From NCBI RefSeq assembly GCF_003334765.1, contig NZ_QOWT01000016.1: a stretch of 64,000 nt of DNA. One strand, written 5' to 3'. The notes beneath the pieces are model-generated. The model was not told where the DNA came from, did no database searches, and saw only the letters and a list, made by a program, of their open reading frames with translations. This stretch comes from Escherichia coli (GTDB taxonomy: Bacteria > Pseudomonadota > Gammaproteobacteria > Enterobacterales > Enterobacteriaceae). Shown here piece by piece: positions 40,082-53,127 of this stretch (position 1 is its first letter; every line of letters begins with the position of its first letter). The translations under genes and the position numbers were made by a program.

Positions 40082-41239
40082 CTACCGCTCTTCATCCAGT
40101 TGTAACGCCACATACAGCAGCAACCTGTCATCAAAATTGCCCAAATCAAGCCCGGTCAGTTCCGATATACGATTAAGCCGATACTCCAGGGTATTACGAT
40201 GAATAAACAACGCCTTTGACGTTGCCAGCGGTTGCACATTGTGGCGAAACCACGCCGCCAGCGTTCGTCGCAGCAAGCCGTTATTGTCCATCGTTTTCAG
40301 CCGCGCCAGCGGTCGCGCCAGTTCGTTGGCCTGCCAGTCGCCACGCAAACTGTCGAGTAACACAGGTAACATCAGATCCTGATAAAAATAGCAGCGACTT
40401 TCTGGCATCCGCTGTTTACCCACCACCATCGTCGTTTTCGCCGTACGATAGGATCGGGCAATACTGCCAGGACCGGTAAAATAGTTGCCCAGTGAAACGC
40501 GAAAACGCAGCTGGCCGTACTCTTTCATGCGGGTAATCAGTTGTTCAACTCGCTTACGATGATCTTCTGCATCCCAGCGCCCAAAAGAGTTCAACGCCGG
40601 TTTCAACACCACCATTTCGGTTAGCGAGACAATCGCCACCAGATTATTACGCTCGGGCGTAGTCAGCGCGTTTTGCAGTTGTTGTAACTCCGCCATTGCG
40701 CTGTCCACGCCAAGCTGACCGCTGTCGACCTCAACAATAGCCACCACTCGCGGTTGATTGAGATCGATCCCCAGCCGTTGCGCCCATTCAGTAAGTGCGG
40801 GAGTATTCTCCTCTGCCTGAATCAGGTTCATCACCAGTTCTTCCCGCAAACGGCTATCCTGCGCCAACAAGTGCATCAACCGCGACTGTTCCAGCATCAT
40901 TTCAGCCGTCATGCAGACCAGTTCGCCATATTTACGCAGATTCTCTGGTTCACCTGTCAGGCCAATTACGCCGACAATTTCACCTTCCAGCCGTAACGGT
41001 AGATTAATCCCCTGCCGCACACCGTGCAGATGACGTGCTACCGCGTCATCGATATCGACGACTCGTCCCTGTGAAAGTACCAGCAATGCACCTTCGTGCA
41101 ATTCACCAATACGCTCACGATCGCCGCTGCCGATAATTCGCCCACGGGCATCCATTACGTTGATATTGGTATCGATGATGCGCATGGTACGTGCCACGAT
41201 ATCCTGCGCCATTTTGGTATCAAGATGCCAGCCAGCCAT
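40082..41239 (-). CDS. cdaR: carbohydrate diacid regulator CdaR (SdaR)
   Basis: 385-aa product from the ATG preceded by GGAGGA (MAGWHLDTKMAQDIV); C-terminal PucR-type HTH; the ORF-track GTG start is 6 codons upstream. Confidence 0.9.
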   Translation of the reverse strand: MAGWHLDTKMAQDIVARTMRIIDTNINVMDARGRIIGSGDRERIGELHEGALLVLSQGRVVDIDDAVARHLHGVRQGINLPLRLEGEIVGVIGLTGEPENLRKYGELVCMTAEMMLEQSRLMHLLAQDSRLREELVMNLIQAEENTPALTEWAQRLGIDLNQPRVVAIVEVDSGQLGVDSAMAELQQLQNALTTPERNNLVAIVSLTEMVVLKPALNSFGRWDAEDHRKRVEQLITRMKEYGQLRFRVSLGNYFTGPGSIARSYRTAKTTMVVGKQRMPESRCYFYQDLMLPVLLDSLRGDWQANELARPLARLKTMDNNGLLRRTLAAWFRHNVQPLATSKALFIHRNTLEYRLNRISELTGLDLGNFDDRLLLYVALQLDEER

Positions 41240-41393
41240 AAGTCCTCCGTTATGCACGGCTTAGCATAAGGAAGTACGTAACGTACGGCATTGTGCAAAT
41301 GCCTAAAGGATGATGAAGATGTATGGAGTTGTGGTGAAGTTCACAGATTGTAAGGAGAACCCCTTCCCGTTTTCAGGAAGGGGTTGAGGGAGA

Positions 41394-42818
41394 TTACTGC
41401 ATTAACAGGTAGATGGTGCTGTCGCCGCGCTGAATGTTGAGTGCCAGCACAGACGGTTTGCTGTCGAGAACTTTACGCAGTTCAGCGATGTTTTTCACTG
41501 CCTGCTGGTTCGCGCCAATAATCACATCACCTTTCTTCAGGCCGATCTGCGCAGCCGGAGTGCCCGTTTTCACGTTGTTCACTACCACGCCCTGATCTTT
41601 GCCTTTGTTGCTCATCTCAGCGCCTTCAATGCCGTTGAAGATGGAGCTGGAATCAACCTGATTCTGGCTGCTCTGCTGCAGTTCCAGGTTCACGTTAACC
41701 TGCTTACCGTCGCGCAGTAAGCCCAGGGTCAGTTTGCTGCCTACCGGCATAGTACCCACCTGAGCACGCAGTGCGGCAAAGCTGCTGATCGGCTTACCGT
41801 TCAGTGAGGTGATCACATCACCCGCTTTAATGCCCGCTTTTGCAGCGGAGGAATTAGGCAGAACCTGGCTTACGAAAGCACCGCGCTGGGCGTCAACTTT
41901 CATCGCTTTCGCCAGTTCGGAGTTCAGCTCAGTCCCCATAATACCCAGCTCACCGCGTTTCACCTGGCCGTATTCCACCATCTGCGAGGTCAGGTTTTTC
42001 ACCATGTTACTCGGGATAGCAAAACCGATACCGATGTTGCCGCCGTCCGGTGCGAGGATCGCGGTGTTGATACCGATCAGTTCGCCGTTCAGGTTAACCA
42101 GCGCACCACCGGAGTTACCACGGTTGATCGCTGCATCGGTCTGGATGAAGTTTTCGTAGTTTTCGGCATTCAGGCCGCTACGCCCCAGCGCAGAGACAAT
42201 CCCGGAAGTTACCGTCTCGCCCAGACCAAACGGGTTACCAATCGCTACGGTGTAATCACCCACGCGCAGTGCATCAGAATCCGCCATCTTAATTGCGGTC
42301 AGGTTTTTCGGGTTCTGGATTTGGATCAGCGCGATATCAGAGCGCGGATCTTTGCCAACCATCTTCGCGTCGAACTTACGGCCATCGCTCAGTTGAACTT
42401 TAATGACCGTCGCGTTATCAACAACGTGGTTGTTGGTGACGACATAGCCTTTATCGGCATCAATGATGACGCCGGAACCCAGCGCCATGAATTTCTGTTG
42501 CTGGCCGCCACCATTACCGCCCTGGCCACCCTGGCAGAACGGAGAGCTCTGGAACGGAGAACCTTCCTGGCAGAACGGAGAATCATCACCGAAGAACTGC
42601 TGGAAATTACGCGGCATACGCGGCGTATTAACGGTTGTGCTACCTTCTACGTTAATGCTGACCACTGAAGGCATCACCTTTTCGAGCATCGGTGCAAGGC
42701 TTGGCATCTGCTGGGCTGTCGTTGCTGAAGAAGTCTCAGCCGCCGTTGCAGAGAGCGGAGATAACGCCAAACCTAAACTCAGAGCCAGTGCACTCAGTGC
42801 TAATGTGGTTTTTTTCAT
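41394..42818 (-). CDS. degP: periplasmic serine endoprotease/chaperone DegP (HtrA)
   Basis: 474-aa ORF with signal peptide, trypsin-like catalytic Ser (GNSGGAL) and two PDZ domains; recognised DegP. Confidence 0.97.
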   Translation of the reverse strand: MKKTTLALSALALSLGLALSPLSATAAETSSATTAQQMPSLAPMLEKVMPSVVSINVEGSTTVNTPRMPRNFQQFFGDDSPFCQEGSPFQSSPFCQGGQGGNGGGQQQKFMALGSGVIIDADKGYVVTNNHVVDNATVIKVQLSDGRKFDAKMVGKDPRSDIALIQIQNPKNLTAIKMADSDALRVGDYTVAIGNPFGLGETVTSGIVSALGRSGLNAENYENFIQTDAAINRGNSGGALVNLNGELIGINTAILAPDGGNIGIGFAIPSNMVKNLTSQMVEYGQVKRGELGIMGTELNSELAKAMKVDAQRGAFVSQVLPNSSAAKAGIKAGDVITSLNGKPISSFAALRAQVGTMPVGSKLTLGLLRDGKQVNVNLELQQSSQNQVDSSSIFNGIEGAEMSNKGKDQGVVVNNVKTGTPAAQIGLKKGDVIIGANQQAVKNIAELRKVLDSKPSVLALNIQRGDSTIYLLMQ

Positions 42819-42864
42819 GTATTTCAGTCTCGATTAACAGATAACGCAAAATTGCTGTGTTCTT

Positions 42865-42891
42865 CAGATTCGTTTTATAGCCTGAAGTTCC
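42865..42891 (-). promoter_or_regulatory. degPp: sigma-E type promoter upstream of degP (-35 GGAACTT, -10 TCTGA)
   Basis: Minus strand reads tcGGAACTTcaggctataaaacgaaTCTGAagaac about 50 bp upstream of the degP start; matches the sigma-E consensus. Confidence 0.75.
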
Positions 42892-42947
42892 GAACTAAAG
42901 TTTCTGCAAAAGGTAAAAATTTATTGTTCGTCTTTACAAAAGCCTGG

Positions 42948-44465
42948 TTATTGTTCTACGGCCATCAGACGTCGGTATTCATCCCACGCATAGAGGTCGG
43001 TCATACCGCTGATATAATCCTGCAGCAGGCGGCAACGGTAATAATATTCCCATAGCGGAAACTCAGGAGAATCTGACGGTAATTTACTGACAGCCTCGAC
43101 ATAGGCCAGCCGATGGCGCGTCGAGAGTTTGTGGAATAAGCGCGATTCAATAGGGAAACGTTTCACCCGTTCTTTTTCTACCAGTTCAGTAAAGTCTGAT
43201 AACGACAGGCTTAATAAAGGACGATAAATCTCTAATAATCCGCTAATGACCCGATAGCCCTGCAATTCAAGCTGCTCGACATCTGGATGGCTAAACACAT
43301 GTTTTACAGCGACATTTTTATATAGCTTAAGAAGATCGCTGCATTCGCTGGCATCTTCCAATAATGCATGATTAAACGTTCCGGCGAAAATCGCAGGCAG
43401 ATTATCAATAAATCGTTGTGCCGCGTAGGGTACCAGTTTATTTAGGGTGTTTACCCGTAAATACATAAAAAACTGATCTTCCGTACTGCGGCTTAAACTA
43501 TTTGAGCGTGATTTTTCCCAGGCATTTTCAACCACCAGCGAAAAGAGCGAACCTTTCTCATGCTGGCCCCACGCTTCGTGCAAATGATGATAAAGCTGCT
43601 CAACGGTAAATATTCTTTTCTCTACCGCATCTTCAAGGTCTGCCACACAATAGGAGATGTCGTCGGCAGCTTCCATAATCCACGTTAATGGAAAACGACT
43701 GTAAAGCGCCAAATTAAGTTCTTTACGCAACCGGGCAATATAGGCTTCTTCAGAAAGATAATAACCCGGCTTTTTCATTAAATAGTGATGTGTCTCAGGC
43801 GTTTCGCCACGCCACCACGCCGGACGGGTATATTTTAAAATACCGCCAACCTGTGCCCAGGTGAGATTCATCCGCATCAATGTATGCACCAGGCGAATGC
43901 CTTGTGCATTCCCCTCAAAATGACATAAGTCCTGACGAATCTTGCGCCGCAGCTCGTTAAGCGGTTCTTCCCCGTCCCGTAAACGTAGTGCCGCCACGCT
44001 GCAGCGATCGTCAGTCAGAGGCTGGCTTTCGGCATCTTCCGGGTGCAAACGTTGGCGAAACCAGTCATTTATCGCCGCTTCGCCAAAATGACCAAACGGC
44101 GGATTGCCGATATCGTGCATCAGGCATGACATCTCAACAATGCTTTCAAAGGGACCGGTCAGTTCATCCAGGCCGTATGCTTCCAGTAATTTAAGCTCTT
44201 TCAGACGGCTTAAAATTTCTTTGGCGATGTAGCGCCCCACCTGCTGGACTTCCATCGAGTGGGTAAGACGCGTGCGCACGGCGGCATTGCGCTCCAGTGG
44301 AAAAACCTGGGTCTTTTGTTGCAGACGACGAATTGCCGGAGAGTTGATGATACGCCCGCGATCGCTCTCGAAGATCCGCAGGATCTCATGTTCGGTTTTA
44401 ACGCCCTGCGGTGAACGGTAACGACGATGCCAGTTTATTTTTTTTCGGAAATCAATCTGTGCCAT
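42948..44465 (-). CDS. dgt: dGTP triphosphohydrolase
   Basis: 505-aa ORF with HD domain; recognised Dgt. Confidence 0.95.
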
Positions 44466-44548
44466 GTCCTCTCCCGCGTGAGAAATACGCTTCCCCGTAA
44501 GCGCATGGTAAACTATGCCTTCAAATCGGGCTTATCGCGAGTAAATCT

Positions 44549-45247
44549 ATGAAAATCGGCATCATTGGTGCAATGGAAGAAGAAGTTACGCTGCTGCGTG
44601 ACAAAATCGAAAACCGTCAAACTATCAGTCTCGGCGGTTGCGAAATCTATACCGGCCAACTGAATGGAACCGAGGTTGCGCTTCTGAAATCGGGCATCGG
44701 TAAAGTCGCTGCGGCGCTGGGTGCCACTTTGCTGTTGGAACACTGCAAGCCAGATGTGATTATTAACACCGGTTCTGCCGGTGGCCTGGCACCAACGTTG
44801 AAAGTGGGCGATATCGTTGTCTCGGACGAAGCACGTTATCACGACGCGGATGTCACGGCATTTGGTTATGAATACGGTCAGTTACCAGGCTGTCCGGCAG
44901 GCTTTAAAGCTGACGATAAACTGATCGCTGCCGCTGAGGCCTGCATTGCCGAACTGAATCTTAACGCTGTACGTGGCCTGATTGTTAGCGGCGACGCTTT
45001 CATCAACGGTTCTGTTGGTCTGGCGAAAATCCGCCACAACTTCCCACAGGCCATTGCTGTAGAGATGGAAGCGACGGCAATCGCCCATGTCTGCCACAAT
45101 TTCAACGTCCCGTTTGTTGTCGTACGCGCCATCTCCGACGTGGCCGATCAACAGTCTCATCTTAGCTTCGATGAGTTCCTGGCTGTTGCCGCTAAACAGT
45201 CCAGCCTGATGGTTGAGTCACTGGTGCAGAAACTTGCACATGGCTAA
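44549..45247 (+). CDS. mtnN: 5'-methylthioadenosine/S-adenosylhomocysteine nucleosidase
   Basis: 232-aa ORF starting [24 protein letters not shown]; recognised Mtn/Pfs. Confidence 0.95.
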   Translation: MKIGIIGAMEEEVTLLRDKIENRQTISLGGCEIYTGQLNGTEVALLKSGIGKVAAALGATLLLEHCKPDVIINTGSAGGLAPTLKVGDIVVSDEARYHDADVTAFGYEYGQLPGCPAGFKADDKLIAAAEACIAELNLNAVRGLIVSGDAFINGSVGLAKIRHNFPQAIAVEMEATAIAHVCHNFNVPFVVVRAISDVADQQSHLSFDEFLAVAAKQSSLMVESLVQKLAHG

Positions 45248-46040
45248 GTCACTGTTCAGGGCGCTGGTCGCCCTGTCTTTTCTTGCGCCACTGTGGCTCA
45301 ACGCCGCGCCGCGCGTCATCACGCTTTCTCCCGCCAACACTGAACTTGCCTTTGCCGCCGGGATCACGCCGGTTGGGGTCAGCAGCTATTCCGACTATCC
45401 TCCACAAGCGCAAAAGATTGAGCAGGTTTCCACCTGGCAGGGGATGAATCTGGAACGCATTGTCGCGCTGAAACCCGATCTGGTGATTGCCTGGCGTGGA
45501 GGTAATGCCGAGCGGCAGGTTGACCAGCTGGCTTCGCTGGGAATAAAAGTGATGTGGGTCGATGCGACAAGCATTGAACAAATTGCCAATGCGTTACGTC
45601 AACTGGCCCCCTGGAGTCCGCAACCAGACAAGGCCGAACAAGCCGCGCAATCCCTGCTGGATCAGTACGCGCAATTGAAAGCGCAATATGCTGATAAACC
45701 TAAAAAACGTGTTTTTCTGCAATTCGGCATTAATCCGCCATTTACCAGTGGAAAAGAGTCGATTCAGAACCAGGTACTCGAAGTTTGTGGCGGAGAAAAC
45801 ATCTTTAAAGACAGCCGGGTTCCCTGGCCGCAAGTTAGCCGCGAACAGGTGTTAGCACGCTCGCCACAGGCGATTGTCATTACAGGCGGACCGGACCAAA
45901 TTCCTAAAATCAAACAATACTGGGGTGAACAGCTCAAAATTCCCGTTATTCCTCTCACGAGTGACTGGTTTGAACGTGCAAGCCCACGTATTATCCTCGC
46001 TGCACAACAGCTCTGTAATGCGCTTTCACAGGTAGATTAG
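45240..46040 (+). CDS. btuF: vitamin B12 periplasmic binding protein
   Basis: 266-aa product starting [22 protein letters not shown]; overlaps the mtn 3' end by 8 nt; the ORF-track start is 9 codons upstream. Confidence 0.9.
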   Translation: MAKSLFRALVALSFLAPLWLNAAPRVITLSPANTELAFAAGITPVGVSSYSDYPPQAQKIEQVSTWQGMNLERIVALKPDLVIAWRGGNAERQVDQLASLGIKVMWVDATSIEQIANALRQLAPWSPQPDKAEQAAQSLLDQYAQLKAQYADKPKKRVFLQFGINPPFTSGKESIQNQVLEVCGGENIFKDSRVPWPQVSREQVLARSPQAIVITGGPDQIPKIKQYWGEQLKIPVIPLTSDWFERASPRIILAAQQLCNALSQVD

Positions 46041-46077
46041 CGCCTGACCTTTTCAGGTGCTCAGTGGGGATTGAACA

Positions 46078-46701
46078 ATGCTCGTCTATTGGCTGGATAT
46101 AGTCGGCACAGCGGTATTTGCCATCTCCGGCGTTTTGTTAGCCGGAAAATTGCGTATGGACCCTTTTGGTGTTCTGGTACTGGGCGTGGTAACCGCAGTA
46201 GGCGGCGGGACAATTCGCGACATGGCGCTGGATCACGGCCCGGTATTTTGGGTGAAAGATCCCACCGATCTGGTCGTTGCAATGGTCACCAGCATGCTGA
46301 CCATCGTGCTGGTGCGCCAGCCAAGACGCTTACCAAAATGGATGTTGCCGGTGCTGGACGCCGTTGGTCTGGCGGTGTTTGTCGGCATTGGCGTGAATAA
46401 AGCCTTTAATGCGGAAGCCGGTCCGTTAATCGCGGTTTGTATGGGCGTCATTACTGGCGTTGGCGGCGGGATCATTCGTGATGTTCTGGCCCGCGAAATC
46501 CCCATGATTTTACGTACAGAAATCTACGCAACTGCCTGTATTATCGGCGGTATTGTCCACGCTACGGCTTATTACACATTTTCCGTACCACTGGAAACAG
46601 CCAGTATGATGGGCATGGTCGTGACGCTATTGATTCGGCTGGCGGCTATTCGTTGGCATCTTAAGCTACCGACGTTTGCGCTGGATGAGAATGGGCGTTG
46701 A
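46078..46701 (+). CDS. yadS: UPF0126 inner-membrane protein YadS
   Basis: 207-aa hydrophobic ORF with an internally duplicated glycine-rich motif (VGGGTIRDMAL / GVGGGIIRDVLA). Confidence 0.9.
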   Translation: MLVYWLDIVGTAVFAISGVLLAGKLRMDPFGVLVLGVVTAVGGGTIRDMALDHGPVFWVKDPTDLVVAMVTSMLTIVLVRQPRRLPKWMLPVLDAVGLAVFVGIGVNKAFNAEAGPLIAVCMGVITGVGGGIIRDVLAREIPMILRTEIYATACIIGGIVHATAYYTFSVPLETASMMGMVVTLLIRLAAIRWHLKLPTFALDENGR

Positions 46702-46747
46702 AGAGAGAAGATGTGCCGGATAGTTTATCCGGCACATGAACAACAGA

Positions 46748-47092
46748 TTAGATACTAAAGGAAGAACCGCAACCGCAGGTGCTTTTCGCGTTCGGGTTGG
46801 TCACGATGAAACGAGAACCTTCCAGACCTTCGGTATAATCAACGGAACCGCCGACCAGATATTGCAGGCTCATCGGATCAACCACCAGGCCAACGCCCTG
46901 TTTTTCGATGGTCATATCGCCTTCGTTCACCTGATCATCAAAGGTGAAACCATACTGGAAGCCGCTGCAACCGCCACCGGTGATATACACGCGTAATTTC
47001 AGATTCGGGTTATCTTCGTCAGCGATCAGGCTTTTAACTTTGTTGGCTGCTGCGTCGGTAAACTCCAGCGGCAGTGCTACGTCATCACTCAT
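46748..47092 (-). CDS. erpA: iron-sulfur cluster insertion protein ErpA (A-type carrier)
   Basis: 114-aa product [19 protein letters not shown] with C-terminal CGCGSSF motif; the ORF-track start is 11 codons upstream. Confidence 0.95.
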
Positions 47093-47173
47093 ATTTTGCT
47101 CCAAACGACATCGGCAATTGGGCAAATTCTAACCCAATAATAATCGCCATTATCTAATACCCTGGTATTTCGT

Positions 47174-48613
<1,440 letters not shown>

Positions 48614-48819
48614 TCATACAAATAAGATGACGGCATTTTACTCGCACGTTCCATGAAAATCCTTTGCAAAGCGTAATGTTTCAAATGCACAAAACTTTTA
48701 TACTCTAAGAAATCAGGATTGCACCAGTACAAGCAGCCTGATGTTTGACGAGTATTTAACTTGTTATGAATAACATAGAATAGCAGCCATTCACTTTTTC
48801 TACGAATCAGGAACCCTCC

Positions 48820-50100
48820 ATGAGTAAGTCTGAAAATCTTTACAGCGCAGCGCGCGAGCTGATCCCTGGCGGTGTGAACTCCCCTGTTCGCGCCTTTACT
48901 GGCGTGGGCGGCACTCCACTGTTTATCGAAAAAGCGGACGGCGCTTATCTGTACGATGTTGATGGCAAAGCCTATATCGATTATGTCGGTTCCTGGGGGC
49001 CGATGGTGCTGGGCCATAACCATCCGGCAATCCGCAATGCCGTGATTGAAGCCGCCGAGCGTGGTTTAAGCTTTGGTGCACCAACCGAAATGGAAGTGAA
49101 AATGGCGCAACTGGTGACCGAACTGGTCCCGACCATGGATATGGTGCGCATGGTGAACTCCGGCACTGAAGCGACCATGAGCGCCATCCGCCTGGCCCGT
49201 GGTTTTACCGGTCGCGACAAAATTATTAAATTTGAAGGGTGTTACCATGGTCACGCTGACTGCCTGCTGGTGAAAGCCGGTTCTGGCGCACTCACGTTAG
49301 GCCAGCCAAACTCGCCGGGCGTTCCGGCAGATTTCGCCAAACATACCTTAACCTGTACTTATAATGATCTGGCTTCTGTACGCGCCGCATTTGAGCAATA
49401 CCCGCAAGAGATTGCCTGTATTATCGTCGAGCCGGTGGCAGGCAATATGAACTGTGTTCCGCCGCTGCCAGAGTTCCTGCCAGGTCTGCGCGCGCTGTGC
49501 GACGAATTTGGCGCGTTGCTGATCATCGATGAAGTGATGACCGGTTTCCGCGTAGCGCTAGCTGGCGCACAGGATTATTACGGCGTAGTGCCAGATTTAA
49601 CCTGCCTCGGCAAAATCATCGGCGGTGGAATGCCGGTAGGCGCATTCGGTGGTCGTCGTGATGTAATGGATGCGCTGGCCCCGACGGGTCCGGTCTATCA
49701 GGCGGGTACGCTTTCCGGTAACCCGATTGCGATGGCAGCGGGTTTCGCCTGTCTGAATGAAGTCGCGCAGCCGGGCGTTCACGAAACGCTGGATGAGCTG
49801 ACAACACGTCTGGCAGAAGGTCTGCTGGAAGCGGCAGAAGAAGCCGGAATTCCGCTGGTCGTTAACCACGTTGGCGGCATGTTCGGTATTTTCTTTACCG
49901 ACGCCGAGTCCGTGACGTGCTATCAGGATGTGATGGCCTGTGACGTGGAACGCTTTAAGCGTTTCTTCCATATGATGCTGGGCGAAGGTGTTTACCTGGC
50001 ACCGTCAGCGTTTGAAGCGGGCTTTATGTCCGTGGCGCACAGCATGGAAGATATCAATAACACCATCGATGCTGCACGTCGGGTGTTTGCGAAGTTGTGA
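48820..50100 (+). CDS. hemL: glutamate-1-semialdehyde 2,1-aminomutase
   Basis: 426-aa ORF starting [26 protein letters not shown]; recognised HemL. Confidence 0.95.
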   Translation: MSKSENLYSAARELIPGGVNSPVRAFTGVGGTPLFIEKADGAYLYDVDGKAYIDYVGSWGPMVLGHNHPAIRNAVIEAAERGLSFGAPTEMEVKMAQLVTELVPTMDMVRMVNSGTEATMSAIRLARGFTGRDKIIKFEGCYHGHADCLLVKAGSGALTLGQPNSPGVPADFAKHTLTCTYNDLASVRAAFEQYPQEIACIIVEPVAGNMNCVPPLPEFLPGLRALCDEFGALLIIDEVMTGFRVALAGAQDYYGVVPDLTCLGKIIGGGMPVGAFGGRRDVMDALAPTGPVYQAGTLSGNPIAMAAGFACLNEVAQPGVHETLDELTTRLAEGLLEAAEEAGIPLVVNHVGGMFGIFFTDAESVTCYQDVMACDVERFKRFFHMMLGEGVYLAPSAFEAGFMSVAHSMEDINNTIDAARRVFAKL

Positions 50101-50109
50101 TCCAGCATG

Positions 50110-50240
<131 letters not shown>

Positions 50241-50257
50241 GCCGTTATATGGAAAAA

Positions 50258-52240
50258 TTAACGGCTCTGCTTTCTCAACAAATAGATAAAATATGGCGCG
50301 CCGATAAAGGTTGACAGCAGCCCCGCCGGGATCTGGAATGGAAACAGCACCATCCGCCCACACCAGTCAGCGAACACCAGCAGTAAACCACCCACCAGCG
50401 CCGAAATTACGATGTGTGGCATCGTCCGTCGAAAGCCCATCATCCGCGCAATATGCGGTGCCATTAAACCAACAAAACTCAACGGTCCAATAGTCATCGT
50501 CGCGGTCGCCGTCAGGCAAGCCGCTAACAGCAGCAGCGCAATTCGCGTCGGCGTCAGCGCCATTCCTACGGCTCGGGCGGTATCACCACCCAGCGGTAAA
50601 ATGGTCAGCCAGCGGCGGCACAGCGGGGTAATCGCCAGCAAAATCACCATCACAATTCCGGTGCGCCAGACCTGCGCATCGGTCGCGTTGTAGGTCGAAC
50701 CGGAAATCCAGGTCAGCACTTGCGCCATTCGCGGGTCACCACTTGCCTGCAACATCATCAAAAGCATGGTGAACGCGGTGCTTAACGCCATCCCCGCCAG
50801 TAACATACGGTGTGGGGAAAATCCACCGCGGCCGGCGGCGATCATAATGATCAACAGCGTCACCGCCGCGCCGAGACTGCCTGCAGGTAACAGCCAGCCA
50901 AAGGCATTACCCGGCACCAGAAACAGCATCAACACCACGCCAAACGCCGCGCCGGAGCTAATCCCCAGCACTTCCGGGCTTGCCATCGGGTTTCCGGTCA
51001 GTCGCTGAATAATACAGCCCGCCACCGCCAGCATGACGCCCGCAAACAGCGCCGCCATAATTCGCGGCCAGCGCCAGGGCATTAAATCCTCGAGCAACGC
51101 CCCGCTCGCCCACGTCCAGCCGTGCGCATCACGACCAAACGACAGCGCCACCACCACAGCCATCAACAGCAGCACGCCGCCCGCGAGGGCAAACGCCAGC
51201 ACATGTTGGCGTTCAGCCGCGACACGATCGTTGACCTTCATATCCGGCGCGCTAATGCTGCGTAAACGCGGCAACAGCCACAGTAGCAGCGGCGCACCGA
51301 TCAACGCAGTGACCGAACCGGTGGACACTTCCATCCACACGCGAGTCAGCCAGAGGATGATTTGATCGGAAAGCCAGAGGATCAGCGCACCAATCAACGA
51401 CGCCAGCATCAGTCGTGGCAGCAGACGCCGCGCCCCCAGCATTTTTGCCAGCAGCGGCGCGAACAACCCGATAAAGCCGATAATCCCCACAGCGTTCACC
51501 AGCAGCGCACTGATGACAATCGCCAGCGACAGCGCCGCCAGACGCGCAAGCGACAAGGCCAGCCCGAGATTGCGCGCCACGCCATCATCAAGCCCCATCA
51601 GGGTTAACGGACGAAGTAGCAGCAACGTCAGCATCACACCGCCCAGCAGCTGCGGCCATAAACGCTCAACGCCGCCCCAGTCGGTTTGCGTCAGCGTTCC
51701 AGTGCTCCACAGAAACATGCTTTGCAGTTGGTCATGATGGAAGATAACCAGTAACTGATTGATTGCGCCGCAATAAAGGCTCACTACCAACCCCGCGAGA
51801 ATCAGCGTTACCGGCGACAGCCGTTTCCCCCACGCGACGCCAAAGACAATTAAGCCAACAACACAAGCCCCTGCCAGCGCAGCAAACTGGCTCGCCATCG
51901 CACCAGGGATCGCCCAGAGCGTAGTGACGGTAATCCCCAGTTGCGCGCCTGTAGCAACGCCAAGCGTCGTCGGCTCCGCCAGCGGGTTACGCAGCACTTG
52001 CTGAAACAGCACGCCCACCAGCCCCAGACCCGCGCCCACCAGCAGCGAAATCGCCAGACGCGGCAACAAGCTGTAGTGAAAAATCATCTGCTCGATGACG
52101 TCAATATCCGGCGACCAGGCAGCCTGCGCCCACTGGCTACGCGGCAGCGCCTGCGAGAAGTTCATCCAGGTGAGCGCCGTAGCGACAATCACTAACAGCG
52201 CCAGCAATAACGCCGGGAAAAGCGCAATTCGTTTACTCAC
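50258..52240 (-). CDS. fhuB: ferric hydroxamate ABC transporter permease
   Basis: 660-aa hydrophobic ORF with duplicated permease halves; recognised FhuB. Confidence 0.95.
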   Translation of the reverse strand: MSKRIALFPALLLALLVIVATALTWMNFSQALPRSQWAQAAWSPDIDVIEQMIFHYSLLPRLAISLLVGAGLGLVGVLFQQVLRNPLAEPTTLGVATGAQLGITVTTLWAIPGAMASQFAALAGACVVGLIVFGVAWGKRLSPVTLILAGLVVSLYCGAINQLLVIFHHDQLQSMFLWSTGTLTQTDWGGVERLWPQLLGGVMLTLLLLRPLTLMGLDDGVARNLGLALSLARLAALSLAIVISALLVNAVGIIGFIGLFAPLLAKMLGARRLLPRLMLASLIGALILWLSDQIILWLTRVWMEVSTGSVTALIGAPLLLWLLPRLRSISAPDMKVNDRVAAERQHVLAFALAGGVLLLMAVVVALSFGRDAHGWTWASGALLEDLMPWRWPRIMAALFAGVMLAVAGCIIQRLTGNPMASPEVLGISSGAAFGVVLMLFLVPGNAFGWLLPAGSLGAAVTLLIIMIAAGRGGFSPHRMLLAGMALSTAFTMLLMMLQASGDPRMAQVLTWISGSTYNATDAQVWRTGIVMVILLAITPLCRRWLTILPLGGDTARAVGMALTPTRIALLLLAACLTATATMTIGPLSFVGLMAPHIARMMGFRRTMPHIVISALVGGLLLVFADWCGRMVLFPFQIPAGLLSTFIGAPYFIYLLRKQSR

Positions 52241-53127
52241 GCTTTACCTCCGATGGCGTTATCCAGAACGCGCACAAAGTGCATTGCCGAGAGCGTCGCA
52301 CCATAAAACCAGACTGCAGGTACGCGCTGAAAGCGTCCGGCGCGGACAAACGGCATGGCCTGCCACAGCGGCGTTGCCATTAGCGCATCCATGTCTTTGC
52401 TGTTGTCGTGATCAAAACAGAGCACATCAACGTCTTTATACGCCGCCAGACGATCGATACTGACGGCGGTACTGCCCCAGAAGTTGGTTTCCCCTTGCCA
52501 GGCATTTGGGATGCCGTACTCATCAAGAATTTCCTGGAACAAGCTGTTTGGACCGAAGACCAGCATATGGCGCGGATCGATAAGCGTCGTCAGCAATAAC
52601 GGACGCGCACCACGCTTCACAAAGCGGGGTTTCATGCTGCGGATAAAGTCTTCATATTGCGCTAAATGCGTTTCCGCTGCGCTTTGCAGGTTAAGTAAAT
52701 CTGCCATTTCCGTCAGCGATTTACGCGCCATCGCCAACGGCTGTTTGCCGTCACTGAAGTTAAATCCGCGACCCGGCGCAATACGAGCCAGCATTTCTGG
52801 TGAAGGGCCATATCCTGCCGACCAGACCATAAACGATGGTTTCATTTCGGTCAGCAGTTCAAGGTTAGGTTCTGTGCGCAAACCGACGTCGATCACTGAG
52901 TCCGGCAATGGTGGTTCGCTGACCCACAGGCGATAGTTGATGGTATCCGCCACGCCGTAAGGCACGATGCCGAGCGCCAGCAGTAATTCCACCGGCAACC
53001 ACTCCAGCGCCACAATACGATTGGGATCAATAGCCGCCGCGTGGGCGGTATTCATCTGCCATAACAACGGAGAAAGCGCCATCGCCGTTAACAGTCGACG
53101 GCGCGAAATAAGAGGTAAGCCGCTCAT
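52237..53127 (-). CDS. fhuD: ferric hydroxamate periplasmic binding protein
   Basis: 296-aa product MSGLPLISRRRLLTAMALSPLL (Tat-like RRR); its ATG overlaps the fhuC stop (ATGA). Confidence 0.95.
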   Translation of the reverse strand: MSGLPLISRRRLLTAMALSPLLWQMNTAHAAAIDPNRIVALEWLPVELLLALGIVPYGVADTINYRLWVSEPPLPDSVIDVGLRTEPNLELLTEMKPSFMVWSAGYGPSPEMLARIAPGRGFNFSDGKQPLAMARKSLTEMADLLNLQSAAETHLAQYEDFIRSMKPRFVKRGARPLLLTTLIDPRHMLVFGPNSLFQEILDEYGIPNAWQGETNFWGSTAVSIDRLAAYKDVDVLCFDHDNSKDMDALMATPLWQAMPFVRAGRFQRVPAVWFYGATLSAMHFVRVLDNAIGGKA

